From Octopus sinensis (taxonomy: Eukaryota), in the NCBI RefSeq assembly GCF_006345805.1, contig NC_042997.1, forward strand, positions 60,636,001 to 60,700,000: 64,000 nt of DNA. The letters run 5' to 3'. Below, piece by piece: positions 36,012 through 50,479 of this stretch. Under the pieces are notes generated by a model. The model was not told the DNA's origin and did no database searches. It saw only the letters and a program-made list of their open reading frames with translations. Made by a program: the position numbers and the translations under genes. Position 1 is the first letter of the stretch. The number at the start of each line of letters is the position of its first letter.

Positions 36012-36835
36012 TCTGTATATATATATATATATATATAAGGCAAGATGTGTGTGTACGTGATTGTAGTTTATACACATCCACAAATTAGTACGCATTTCGC
36101 TCAAATTTTAGGAGGACATTCGTCAACATCCTATCTGAGTTTTGTCAACTTATTTTTTTCCCGAGGTACCCGCAGATAGTGGTAAAATTCTATTTTCAGC
36201 TATAGCTTTTAGCCATAAAAATTATCAGCCATAGCTTTTTGACAGTGTCTAACAAAAAAATAAGATAAAGAAAAGTGGAAGAAGGGCAGAGAGTTTCACG
36301 GGAAAGACAAAGTGAGAGAGAGAGAGTGTAAGTGACGACGTTCATAAAAATCTATTTTCAGCCATAGCTTTTTGACGGCATCTAAGAAAAAGGAAACAAG
36401 ATAAAGAAAAATGGAAGAGAGTTTAAACAAAAAAAAGGGAAAGACAAAGTGAGAGAGAGAGAGAGAATAAGTGACGACGTTCATAAAAAATAAAATGTAA
36501 AATGTTTTGTTTTTTCTTAAACATGAGATATAGTGTTCAAATTCAAGATGTTTTTGAAAGACACTATATTTTCTAATCATAGTATATATACTTTCTCACA
36601 CAACAATTACAATATATTTATTTTAAATCATTTATTTATTTTAAATTGTTCATCTTACTCCCCACTCTCTCTCACACACATTACTTTGGGTGCGAAAGAG
36701 TTTTGTTTTTATTTTACACCGAGTAAAAGTGTGTTTTGTTGAGAGTCGATATTATTTAGTTTGGTTTGAAATAAAGAACTTGATTAACTTAATACTCGTA
36801 ACTTAATCCCAGGCAAGGCTGGGTTATACTGCTAG
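36012..36835 (+). mobile_element. Non-autonomous Helitron with internal ~140-bp tandem duplication
   Basis: A|TC...(TA)n start; hairpin CCCAG-gcaagg-CTGGG; CTAG|T end. Duplicated unit tctattttcagc.atagc...gtgacgacgttcataaaaa at ~36190-36480. Confidence 0.8.
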
Positions 36836-36836
36836 T

Positions 36837-38260
36837 AATCCTTAAGAATTTTTGTTCTCTTCATGATGCAGATTTTGTAAAAGCCACTCCCATTAATATA
36901 TGAGCTTGGATGATCTATTATTTTCCACCTGATATCACATAATGTCCCTTGATCTTTGAGGTGCCACACGTGGAAGGTCAGGGACGTGACAAACTGTCTT
37001 TCTGGGACTCTGAAGGAAGACTAGTGGTTGTGGAAGAGACATTTGAAAGATGTACTGGCTGATCTGATATATTTACAAACTTGGGATTTGGCTATATTCA
37101 CACTCCTGGTATATCTCTGGTAGGCTCCAAGCCTGAGGATGCTGTTGGTAACACTGTTGCTGACACTGTCAATATGGCACAATGATCTGGGGGGCGGTAT
37201 CACTGTGATTAATTGCTTGGTCCTTATCTGTGGTGATGGTACTGGGAACACTAGATATCTCCTCTTTGTCACTGGTCCTGGATTGGTCATCATCTTTAGG
37301 TGTGGCAATTGTACTGGCATGAAACCTGGTTAATCTGCTAATATTGCTGTTGGATGGCACATTGCTGGTAATGCAAACAGCAGGTGTAGGTGTCACCATA
37401 ACTTTATAGATGACTCCTTCAGCCTTGCATCAGCCTCCTCCTGAACAGTTATTATATACCTTGCCAGAGCAACCTGCCTGTTTGTGGATGTTTATTAAAA
37501 TGCTTTCCATGTTAGGTGCACAACTAAAGGAGATTCTTAGGTTGTGCTTGTTTAATAATTGCCTGTATCTGTGTGTGTGTGTGTGAAATGTTTGTCTATT
37601 AACCCAAGGAAAATCCTTCTTACACAAGTCTTGATGTTGAGCGAGAAGGGTAGAGCAAACCAAATTATGTTTCGGTGGTGTTTCCTTTTCTGGGTGCTAG
37701 GGCCTGACATGTAGGAGATGTGGTCCTTAAACCCACTTGATGCCAGTGCCTCATTGTAGCAGTATCAAAGATACCTTGGCTAGAGAATAGATTCGAGATC
37801 CTCTTGCTTATACCCCTCACTAGGTCCTTGAAAACTATAATAGGGTGGCAGGAGGCTGTGCTAATATAGGACAGCTTCTTGTTTGGCTTGTGAGAGGGCC
37901 TGTATACACCAGAGCCCATATCTAAAGTAACATCTAAGAAATCTACTGTGGTGAGATTAGTCTCAATGGTGATCTTGAGTCTCATTCAGCATAGGGTGCT
38001 AAATAAGTCCTTTCTAAGTCTATCTAGTATGTGCCTGTTACAACTATATAGGGCAATGAGTCTACGATATAGTGTGTGTGTCAAATGATACAAGGGGGAG
38101 TCCTAGGGGATTTTGAGCATTTTTTGGCCAATAGGTGGGCAATATTGCAATTTGGTGCAAAATGTTTGGGAAACACTGCTCTAACCTTTCATCATTTGAT
38201 ACTGGATCACCTCCTTTAATGCCCCCTCTGTTGTGGCAAGACACCTGCTTCTGTTTCTCT
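36837..38260 (-). mobile_element. Degenerate Penelope-like element (RT thumb plus GIY-YIG endonuclease)
   Basis: LKITIETNLTTVDFLDVTLD...HP...ISKRIS; ISFSCAPNMESI; KYIRSASTSFKC.FHNH*SSF...HVWHLKD...IRWKII. Confidence 0.85.
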
Positions 38261-39220
38261 GTCTCTTTGTCACACTATAACTTTCATCCTCTGACACAAA
38301 TGCCCTGACCCTCTCATCATTCCTTGTCTTGTGAGAGACTTGGTTACTCTGTCAATGCAGGTGTCACATTAAAAAAGCATCCAATCCACACTGTAAAAAA
38401 TCTTGCCAAAACTAACTTCACCTGTGCTAGTGCCATGTAAAAAGCACTGAGTTCACTCTGCAGAGCGGCTGATGTTAGGAAGGGCATCCAGCTGTAAAAT
38501 CTTTGCCAAAACAGATGCAGTAACTTTGGGTAGATTTTCTACCTGGCTGGCTCCTGTCAAACATCCTACCCATGCATCAATAGAAGATGGGTGTTAAACG
38601 ATAATGATAATTATATATATGTATATATATCATCATCATCGTTTAACGTCTGCTTTCCATGCTAGCATGGGTTGGACGATTTGACTGAGGACTGGCGAAC
38701 CAGATGGCTGCACCAGGCAGAGTTTCTACAGCTGGGCATATATATGGGAAAGCATTTAAGAAAGTTGACGTATTTTATGTTTGAAAACTGCATGAAGAGC
38801 ATGACAATTGATAAGATCATTAATCTGCAGACTTTTTAAAAAACTTGAAAAGAAGGAGAAAAGCTCTTAAATTTTTAACTTAAAAAATGTAGACTATGAA
38901 TTGAAACTGTATTTTTTTTATGGTATTAATTTTTTTTTGTGTGTGTATAGAATAAAAATCAATTACCTGTTTAAGGAATATTTGATGCTCTATTTCAATT
39001 TTCCTCGTAATGGGAGTTCTAAATGTGTATAATACAGTTAGTATACATTTTATATATTTAAATTTATATATAATTATATATAGGGAGTGGTGTTAAAAAA
39101 AAAAGGGAAAAGAGTAGGATTCAGAAATGCTTTAATTATTCTTTGTCTTGTATCTTACTCATATAATCATTATAGACTTCACATTTTATAAATAATTTAT
39201 TTGCAACTTGAATTTTTCAG

Positions 39221-39337
39221 GAAACCATCAAAACTTTGAATTCGTTACAGAGCAAAAAGAAAATTCAAGCACAGGCAACCAATAAAAAGGATAAATTAGT
39301 TTTCATTCGGCTGTGTCTTGAGAATGTTGGTTTAACA
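39221..39337 (+). CDS. FPGS: FPGS-B exon (117 nt; [39 protein letters not shown])
   Basis: ttttcag acceptor; gtgagt donor; N-terminal LNSLQ helix typical of eukaryotic FPGS. Confidence 0.88.
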
Positions 39338-41396
39338 GTGAGTAGCACTTTTCTCAACATAATTTTTGATGTAACTTTGCATTAAACAAGTAATGTTAAT
39401 TATGTAGACTGACTCTTCATGAACAAATCATCAAGACCATCCTACAAAGAAGAATTTGACAAAATTAATTTATTCATCAGCACTGAAACACAAACTCTAC
39501 ACATCCTGTAGAGTAAACATTGAGTACTAAATCTGTATATAAATCATACATTAGTAAGACCATCAACCTCCCTACAAAGACCAGCAAACTTTCATTAGTT
39601 TTCTTTTCAGAATCAGAATCAGCTCGTTTGGGAGAGAAGAATGGGTGCCTGTTGATACCCTGTTTGCCAAGCTCCCAGCCTTAGTCTATGCCTGATCCAG
39701 CATTCCAGTTCACCAAAAGAGGTGAACCTGGAAAATATCTCATCAACAAACAGAGACCACACCCACCCGCCGTCCATATAAAGGCAAAGATGCCTTGACC
39801 TCAGCGTATGCCTGTGTATATTTAGCCACGACATCCCTAACCTACCCTTTAGTGGCTGTTGGCAGCAGATAGAGCACCTTGCAAGAGGCCACCTGCCTTC
39901 CCACAAGAAGTGAGAGACCATGCATTCCAACTTGTTTAACCACAAATCAAGGCATGGCCCGACAGTTAGATGGAAAGCAATGACAGAATCAATAAATACA
40001 TTTGTCACCTCTGCCCTCTCTGTATAATGTAACCCAGTCTGAGTTATGTACGTCACTCTGCCTGTAACCTCGCTCCAATTCTTCTCTGTCCAGAGGTCAG
40101 GACCAAACCAGACTCCAGGCTCTTTCACCGGAATTACCTCACTTTCTCAAACTGTTACTCAGACTGTGATTCAGCCCATTATCGTCAGAGGATGTCATAC
40201 TTTCACACAACATCTCCCCTTTTGAGATTTCATGTTCCAAAGAAATAAAAAATTTTTTTATTTATATATATATTTTTCTTTTTTAGTATCTCTTTCACTT
40301 GGATATTATCTCAAGATGTTCGGTCTGCTTTATTTTTCTCATGCTGATTCTATGGGACTCTATTACTTTTGGTACCGGTTTGTCGAATATTTCACAGAAT
40401 ACTTCCAGGGGAATTTCTTACTGAGCTTAGGTATGCCTCTTCCTTGGTTGGTTTATATGTCTCTTATGTTCCACAGTTTCTTGGAAACCAATCTCACTTG
40501 ACTTTTTGGGCAGAATAAAGTTACAGTAACTCTCATGTTCAGCAGGACCTACCTTGCATAGTAAAAGCCTTAATTTTCTGCTTCTCCAACCATGACTTGC
40601 ACTTGTTAAAAATTTCTTTGTATCTTCTATAATACACAGGAAACGTAATGCCCTCCTCCCGATTATATGTAAAGTCAGAATTTGCATTAGCCACGCTCTC
40701 TGGTGTAAATGAGCTTACTGAATTTTCGAACTTCACTTGCTGTAACTCAATTAATTGTTGTTGTAGTATTTGTTTTTATAACTCCTGTAGTTGTTCCTGT
40801 TGCTTCACTTGAAGTTGTACTACTGCAGCTAATAGGTTTTCCATGATGCAGAAATTGTCAAATAACCAATGTGAGTGTCAAACAATCTTCATTGCCGGAT
40901 GTTATATCCTTATGCATAAATGAATACACTGCAACAGTGTAATAACAATATAATCAAAACAAACGGCAGTAACCACACTGAACATAATGACAATCTTTGA
41001 AGAACCAACACTCCAGCATGCTAACTCAAACTGTAAACTTTGAACTACCTCACTTACTCAGACTGCTAATATTTATTTGTAGTGGTCCAGTCCATTCTTG
41101 CCAGGGGGTGTTGTACTCTCACACAACAAGAGACAAGAGTCCCTAAGATATAACGTCACAAAAATATAGCATACATATGTCTTAGCTAGACAAATTAAGT
41201 GCATTGCAATTAATTTTATTGTTATCAGTATGGACTCACAATCATTATACTGGTTGCATTCAACTTGTTTTTCCCTATCCTTAAACTAGAAAGATGAAAA
41301 AGAAATTTTAGTATTATCTGTCCCACCATTTAATCTAACTAGTAGATTATTTTAGCAAGCCCCACTCTCTCTCCCTACATGCATACATACATACAT

Positions 41397-41437
<41 letters not shown>

Positions 41438-41998
41438 GAACAATCTTACTTAGAAATGGATGCGTGCGTTCCGTCATATAATAAATTAATAAACAAATAA
41501 AACATATGCATATATACATACATATATGTACGTACCTACCTCTACATGTATATATACATGCATATATGGGTACAGGACACCAAAAAAACGTCGAACACAA
41601 TGAGAAACGAAATCATAAACACAAAACCAAGGAAATGGACATTTTTTTTAAACAACGAAAAAATAGAGTACAGGACATACAAAACGAGGAAAATTCCCTT
41701 TCTTCAGTCGTCTTAGTTTCATCTACTCCACGTTTCGACGGTCAAGGCGATACATGACTTCAATGAAACTTTCCTTCCCGCGAAAATCAAATTAAATAAA
41801 ATTTGAGATTTTTTTGCGGAGGGGTAAAAATGGTTACAAAAACAGGACAGTAACAACAGTACAAAATATAAACAGTAAAAGACAGGACACGGAGAATAAC
41901 AGTAACACAAACAAGGAGGGCTGTTAAGCCAAATGAGATAAAAATTTTTTACGAACGCTATTTTTTGAGAATTTTATTTATTTATTAATTTATTATAT

Positions 41999-42034
<36 letters not shown>

Positions 42035-42525
42035 GATACATATATATATATACATATTTATACACACCCACACCACCTACACATTTAGATAGGTGATAAT
42101 AAATTGCATTTGAATTTAAAACAGTATTATTTTTCATATTCATCATCCTCCTCCTCATCATCATTTAACATCCACTTTCCATGCTAGAATGGGTTGGACG
42201 ATTTGACTGAGGTCTGGCAAACCAGACTCCAATCTGATCTGGCAGAGTTTCTACAGCTGGATGCCCTTCCTAACGCCAACCACTCCGAGAGTGTAGTGGG
42301 TGCTTTTATGTGCTACCGGCATGAGGGCCAGTTTGGTGGTACTGGCAACGACCACGCCCAAATGATGCTTTTTACGTGCCACCTGCACAGGAGCCAGTCC
42401 AGCGGCACTGGCGACGACCTCGCTCAAATGTTTCACGTGCCACCAGCACAAGTGCTAGTAAGGCGTCGCGGTAACGATCACACTCGAATGGTGTGCTTAA
42501 CGTGCTTTTACAACTTTATAATTTT

Positions 42526-42557
<32 letters not shown>

Positions 42558-45500
42558 TATTATTATTAAAACTGTTTAAACCTGTCTGCATTCCATGTGT
42601 TCTTACCAGTTATCAAGACTAGTTGTTAAAATCCTTTCTGTAATGTCCTGATCCAAATGTATGTGTTATTAGTAGTATCTAGTATTGTTTAACTGTAAAG
42701 ATTTTATAACATCGGTCTCACATGTGACCTATCACCTCTTATTGGCACCTGGTATGTGATATCATAACAAGCAGTAGTATATGTTGCCTTTGGTACACTA
42801 TAATCTGATAAACTTATGAGAAAGCTGTGTTTTTTAACACTAAATATGATTAAATTATTTCCCCCTAGTTAAAAGAATTGGACAATTTGTCTGTGATCCA
42901 TGTTGCTGGTACTAAAGGAAAGGGATCAACTTGTTTCTACACTGAATGTATTCTTAGAAATAAAGGTCAGAAAACAGGATTTTTCAGGTAAGTATAAACA
43001 GCATATTATTTTCTTTACACCTGGATATTTCAGAACTGCTTATTATCAATTCTACATATGAAACTCTTAAGGCTATATGGATTTTAGGATTCAGAAGACT
43101 TAGATTTTAGAATTCATATATTACATATTCTTATATAATTCCTTCAGCAAAAATTGGGATTGCATCTATTACCAAGCACTTCAATATACTTGCAGTAAGA
43201 TGTCTGAATACTCACATCAAATGAGATGAATAAAAATCATAAATGCTATCATAGTTTATATATATATATATATTCTTGAGAAGACAGTGCAACAGTGCTA
43301 TTATTATAATAAGGGTGGAATTGATTATCTGATAAAAGGTTATTAATCAAATTTGTATTATCTACATCTTTCCAGTTTTGATTTCTCTGGTATAATTTTT
43401 TTCCAGTTCTCCACACCTGATTGAAGTTCGTGAAAGAATCCGTATTAATGGAGTTCCTCTATCAAAAGGGGATTTCACAAAATATTTTTGGATTTGCTAT
43501 AACCTGTTATTGGTAAGAAATCTTTAGTTTATATCTATATTGTTAAATATTCTCTTCTATACACATTTGTCTTTTATGCTTTTTTAAATCCCTGATCTAA
43601 TCAAATTTAACTGAAATTCAACCAACTAATAATAAAAATTTTCTCTCTTTTAGAAGAAAAATGAACAAATGCCATCATATTTTCAATTGCTAACAGTTAT
43701 GGCTTTTTATGTCTTCCACAAAGAAGCTGTTAGTGTGGCAGTCATTGAAGTTGGCCTTGGTGGTCTTTATGATTGTACTAACATTGTTGAAAACCCAGTA
43801 GTATGTGGAATTACACATCTAGGTATTGACCACGTAAATGTACTTGGTAATACTTTGGAGAGCATTGCAGCACATAAAGCTGGTATTTTCAAGGTAAGTT
43901 TAACCTAACAACTGAATTTTTTTAGAGTGGCTTTTAGCAAGGTATTTTTGAATAGACACTATATCCAATATGTATCTCCTCCCCTCCTCCTCCTCCGGTT
44001 CAGTGGCAAAAGCACATCTGTTGTTACAGGATTTATGTGAGATGAAACATCATCATCATCATTTAACGTCCATTTTGCATGCTAGCATGGGTTGGATGGT
44101 TTGAATGGAATGGGTAAGGCCAGGGGCTGCACCTAGCTCCATTGTCTGTTCTGGCATGGTTTCTACTTCTGGATGCCCTTCTTAACACCAACCACTCCAC
44201 AGAGTGTACTGGGTGGTTTTTTATGTGACACCAGCACCAGTGCTTTTTATCTGGCACCAACGCTGCTATCAATTCTGCTGTGGCAAACAAGTCTTCTCAA
44301 GTACAGCAAGGTGCCCGATATTTTGGTCCTTAGTCATCTCCTTTGTAAGGCTCAAGCCATTGAGCCTTGTATCAGTTTTTAAATAAATTAGCTGTAAAAT
44401 CAATACAGCTTCTGTCTATATCATCCTTGAGATGCAAAGAACACAGATGAAATTTACATCTATTTGTGTTTGTATAATTTTTTCCCATTAATCTTTGGTA
44501 TTGAAATAGCAAAATTTTTGGTGTAACTAACTGTTTCACTGTATTTTTGTTAAACAGTTTGTTTATGAAAGAAAGTGCTGATGTATTATATATAGAAATA
44601 CTTTTACTGTTAGAAATAGCATTTGAACTAAAAAGAAAAAAAGATTTTAATTGGCTTATTGTCCTCCTATTATAACTCGCATGTGAATTGTTGAATGCTG
44701 TATGCAAAGTATTTTGTCCCTGCTTAAGCATTATAGCATTAATTAGAGGTATGGTTGAAAGATTCTTCATGAAAAAAGGTGTTAGAAATATAGTTACAAA
44801 TGTTACTGGCCATGTTTTTTAAAGACTAAGAAATTAGGCAGTTAATTTATACACAGAAACTTTTCATTGAGTTTTATATAGGGAAGGTATTTGCCATTAT
44901 TTAAAACCTAATGCTCAGAAAATCGACAGTTTTAATATTAATGTTGATTGTGATTTTTAGACTTGTAGTGATGCTACTGAGTAAGGTTCAGCGTGCATGC
45001 GCAGAATGGGACTACTTCCGAGTGGCCACCGGAAGTCTTCCCCATGCGCATGTGCGGGAAACTGACCCCCTAAGGGACACAGACTCATTCGGCTGTCGTT
45101 TTCCCATCAGATATACGTACACCATCGCGATTAATAAACAAACTGCTGTCTTTCACCGATAACCTAACTTCGTCTGTTATATCTAACTAAATTGTATGTG
45201 ACGGGATCGGGTCGACACCCTTTCAGTGATACCGATACCAGATCCTGTTACAGACTAATCTAATATTATAAAGATATATATTTTTGCCTGAGTTTATCTG
45301 GAGTGGAGTCATTAGAGAGGTGTGATATGTTCAGGCCATCATCTCTGTAAAGGCATACTTCTAAATGGGAAACAATTTTTATAAAGACATACTAATTCAC
45401 AAATGTCTGTTCCATCAATTAATTGTTATCTAGAGTTGATATTTAGTTGGATATTCAGCTCTAGCTAAATGTCCAACATAAGTTGCTATGCATGCACATA

Positions 45501-48500
45501 TACTTCTGTATTGATCGAAGATCTTTTAATGTTTTGTTAAATTATTTGAAAGAAGTAAATTGTAAGTAGAAATGTCAGTTTTGTTTTTCAAATATTGTAA
45601 AAATATTGTAAAATATCAGAACTGTTTCATATATTCTGATTTGTATACAGCCAGGTTCCATTGCTGTTACTGTTCCTCAGAAGGAAGATGCCATGAAAAT
45701 TTTGAAGCAGACTGCTACAAATAAGAACGTAAGAATTTTAGAAATGGTTTAATATGTTGACGCTTATGAATCTGAGGTGAAGTTAATAAAATATGATTAT
45801 CTTACTGTTTACACACACATAAACAAATACATTTATCATATGCATTCTCACAAAATCTTGAGTGGGTGGATTACTTGTTTTGCAGATATTGAGTTTCGTT
45901 GTATCTTTAGGCTTCATTCTTCATCTCTCTGTTGTTCTTTTAGGAATGAATACCAGGCCTTCTTGAAACATCTTCTAGAATAGATTGGTATTCTAATCGT
46001 GGATAAACTTAGTTGTCATCTAATTAAAATATTGGAATGAAAGCTAGGCATTTGCCTAGATGAAATTTTGATTGTTTGTTGCTTGATTTTTATTTCTCAA
46101 AGCATTTCTATAGAATAATTCTCTAGTTTCATCCGTGTCCAAGACTAGTTGTAACACTTCTGACATGTCTGCATGATATCATAGTTTTGAATGAGGGTAA
46201 CTTGAATCAAAGTTTTTTCAATAAAATGTCTTAATTTTCATGATCTTAAAATTAAAATGATGATTTGAAATATTTCCCTGTGGAGCTTTGTCAGGGGAAA
46301 GCAACATTCATCTTGTCTTTATATGTATTTAATTTATTATTAGATAGGAATATTTTGTGTGTTTGTTGATTCCATACCAATAGTTTTTCTATCTAGTATT
46401 ACAAATATTATTTTTGGAGTTTTCAAATTTTTTTATAATGTCTTGAACATCTGTTCAAAGTTGTTGGTATAAGTTTTAAACTTGTACTTTTTATTAAATT
46501 GAAAAGAATAATCAAATTCTTACTAGTCCAATAGTTTCTTGCCATCAATAATTTGAGTGTCTTGAAGCTGGAGTTGTTTTTCAGAATTATCTTTTTCAAA
46601 AAACCATGTTTTACATCACACTCTTCTTTGGGTTAAAATAAAAGTTAATCAGGGTCAAACTTCCTTGTTAACTTGTGAGAATGAAAGTTACATTCTCTTT
46701 TCAATAAAAAAAATATCAAATATTTGGCACCACCGTAGATATGTTAGTAAGACATTTATAAGGTAAACGAAAAGCAAATATGGAAAATCTACCATTTAGC
46801 TTGAAATTTTAGATTCTCTTTCTCATAAAACAATAAAATATCTAAAATTTATACATTTTCAACTCAATTCATTCTTTGTTGCAAATGTAGCTCATCACTG
46901 GTTTCATTGAATAAGGAATTATCTTTTGTTAGTAAAAATTTAATGAACAGTTGATGAATCTTTGGATATGGATGTCTAAAAATTCAACAATATTTTTCAA
47001 AATATTTGAGTAACTCAGTCCACCTAACTGACTGTGTATGTTTATATGTATTTTGTATGATTTTCTTTCAGTGTAGTTTGTATTTAAGCCCACCATTTTC
47101 ATCTTATGAGATATTCAAAGAGAACCCTGTATTTTGCAATAAAGAACCACTTGAGCTTGAAAATATGACATTAGCCGTTCAGTTATCCAGGATTTGGATG
47201 GACCGTAGGAAAAGAGGTTAGTTTGTTTTCCTTTTGAAAGTTTTTTTGATATTCAGGGATTTGACAGTGTTGAGTACTGCAAATAGTTTAGCACTGGACA
47301 AGGTGACTGAATTTACATTCTGATTTCATAACCTGCTGGCATTAACTTTACTTTCCTTCCAGCAAACATAAAATAAATACCAGTGAAGTATTAAAATTCA
47401 TTTACTTGGCTGTACCTTCTCCCAAAATGTGTGGCCTTCATGTCTTTGTTAAAAGAATAAGAGAGTGGTGAAGTGATTGAGTTAGTGAAGATTAAACGAT
47501 TTCCTTTCCTTAGCTAATTTCTCGGTTGTCTGACAAATGAACCACTTTTTTGTCTTTTTCTAATCAGAAATACCCATCAATAAGTAACCAGTCCTATTGA
47601 TTTGAAAGCTAGACTGATGATCTTCTTTTGCTTATTGCTTAGCCGTAACATAATTTAACATGATCAGGCAGACTAACAAAGGTATTCAAACTGATTATCC
47701 TGTTTTCAAAAATAATATACCTTGCCCTACATTATTCAACAGGTTCTTTTTCAAGGGAGTAGGATTGAGTTCGTGACTGCAAGCTAACAAACCATTTGTC
47801 AATTTTGCAATGCTGCTGCTATCTAAGTGTCTTCTCAGAGCTAATGCTGTATCTCATCTGCCATGGACAACTTTTTCAATCCTTCCTCTCCAAAACTTGT
47901 ATATCATCATCATTATCATTTTAACATCCAGGCTGGATGCTCTTCCTGATACCAATCCTCATTTGTTTTCAAGTAAGATAATATTTTATCATGACTAGAC
48001 ATACTTTCAAAGAAGATTAGAAAACAATGACACTGCTTACAACTATCATATGATATCAAAGCAAGGAGACAATAAAACACACACACACAAAACACCTGTG
48101 CCTTTTTACATGCTGGTGACATGTAAAAACACCCAGTACACTCTGTAAAGTGGTTGGCTTTAGGAAGGGCATCCAGCTATAGAAACCAAGCCAAAACAGC
48201 TGACTGGAGTCTAGTGCAGCTCTCCAGCTTACCAATCCAAGTCAAACTGTGTAACCCATGTCAGTATGGAAAATGGACATTAAATGATGATGTTGATGAT
48301 AGTTTTATATATATAAGTATATATATATACATGGTGAGTTTCCATCTACCAAATTCATTCACTAGGTATTGGTTGGCCTGGAACTATAGACTATAGGAGA
48401 AGATACTTGCCCAAGTGCCATGCAATGGGACTGAACCCAAAACCATGGGGTTGGGAAGCAAACTTTCTAGCACACAGCCACTCTTGTGCCTAAATTTTGT

Positions 48501-50407
48501 ATGTCCCTACAATTTTATCCCTACCGACATTATTTTCTCTAAAACTACTAACTCATAGATGTTGTAACTGAATATCAGTCACATTGGTCTCACAAGTTCA
48601 GGAGACCCTGAAAATGTTATGGACACTGTCTTTCTGTTTCTGATTAACCAATTTATAAAACATCTTGCAATATCTGTTTATTGCTTGATGGATATAGCTG
48701 TTTAAGAGTTCTGTGTCATGATCATCATGGATCTGTTTGGCTTTTTGCCCTTTATTGTACTTCATTTATGTTGTTAACACATTCAATCAAAACTTGCCTT
48801 AGACCACCTATATTAAAAGTATTATGATCATGATCATTGTTATTTTAATATCTACATTTTTGTTGCATGGGTCATGCAGGATTAGTTGTGGAAAATGTCC
48901 TGTCACCCATCTTCATGCTTTTCCCAATAGTTGGACATGTTTTTACATTTTGCATGATTGTAGCATTCATTTATATCTATTACATGTTGTCAAGACAAGG
49001 AGCCATGAATACAAATACGCACACATTTGCATAAAGACATATATTAACATGCATTCATGCACACACACACATATATGTACACATGCAGTGCACTTCTTTC
49101 AGTTTCCGTCTAACAAATCCACTCACAAGGCTTTGGTTTGTCTGGGACTATTGTAGAAGTTGCTCTAAGTGCCATGCATGGTTGGGACACAAACTTCTTA
49201 ACCACACAGCTATGTCTGCATCTATTGCTATACTTGTATACTATATTCAAGTCTCTGGCTTCCTTAGAGAATAACCTCTTCTTACTAATGAAGGAGAGGA
49301 TTAACCTTAGACTGGACACTTGATCCAAATAATTGCATTAGCATAGACTCCAATAATACCGCACAATGACCAGGTAGTGTTCCAAATTTCAGTTTAATTG
49401 AGTAATAAATAAGGAAAATAATTATTAAAATTTTTTGAGTCCTCATTATTTTAAAAATCAATTAGAAAACACAGGCATTGTATCAATATATAGAACTGGC
49501 TCAGTATCATTGTTTGAAATGTAGGAGTTATAAAAGAGTTACTGTTTTTGTTCGTAGTCGTTGATGTATCACTTTCCTATTCCACCTTCCTCTAAAAAAT
49601 CAGGTTTTGTGTTCAGTTAAAAGAAATCAATATTAAATGATCTAGCTTGGTGCCTTATTGATTGAGATTCAAATTAAAATCTATTGTTAGTTACAGTTTT
49701 AACTTCTTCATGAGGGTTTAACATAAAATTACATCACATCATTGCTTCACTTATTATTTAAATTTAGTTTATTTTAATTTCATGAGACAATTAATTCTAA
49801 AATTATTGCTTCTGATCAGGTATGAAGTCAGATTTTATAGAAAAGGTCTTGTTAAATCGATTCAGTATTTATTATTGTCTTTGGAATTATGACAGTTGTA
49901 AATGAATATCACTGTCATACAACCTGTGTCAATCATCTCAAATATTCTGTAAAAGCATATCTGGTTATGAACAAATTTCACTCATATCAATAACAAAAAT
50001 ACTTAAATTTACATTGAAGTGGGTGTGAGGGGAACAATAACTGAGGAATTTTAATCTCAATTTTGTTTTATTCACCATAGACACAACTTCTGAAGTTGCA
50101 TTGGCAGAATCTGTAGACAGTGAAGAAGCCATTCCTTTTCTTCATCCTGTTGTTGAAGATGTTGATAGAGTAATTGAAGGTACTTGGAACTTTTTTTTTC
50201 TCAGATTCATCTATAATTATATCAATAAACTGTGTGTATATGCAGCTATATGTGTACATAAGTGCATATGCATGTGTGTTTATATGCATCTATGGACATA
50301 TGCATGTATACGTTCATATATATTATCTGTGTATTTGTGTGCATGTGCATACATAGTTATAAATTTGTGCATGTGTGTCTGTGTAATGTGTATGTGTGTA
50401 AATATAA

Positions 50408-50479
<72 letters not shown>

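Noticed and set aside
41690-41790. Second hammerhead-like motif (minus: TTGAAGTCA...TGACCGTCGAAACG) in a repeat at ~41440-41930
   Set aside because: The core is too degenerate and there is no stem III or cleavage triplet; possibly Penelope-derived but unsupported.
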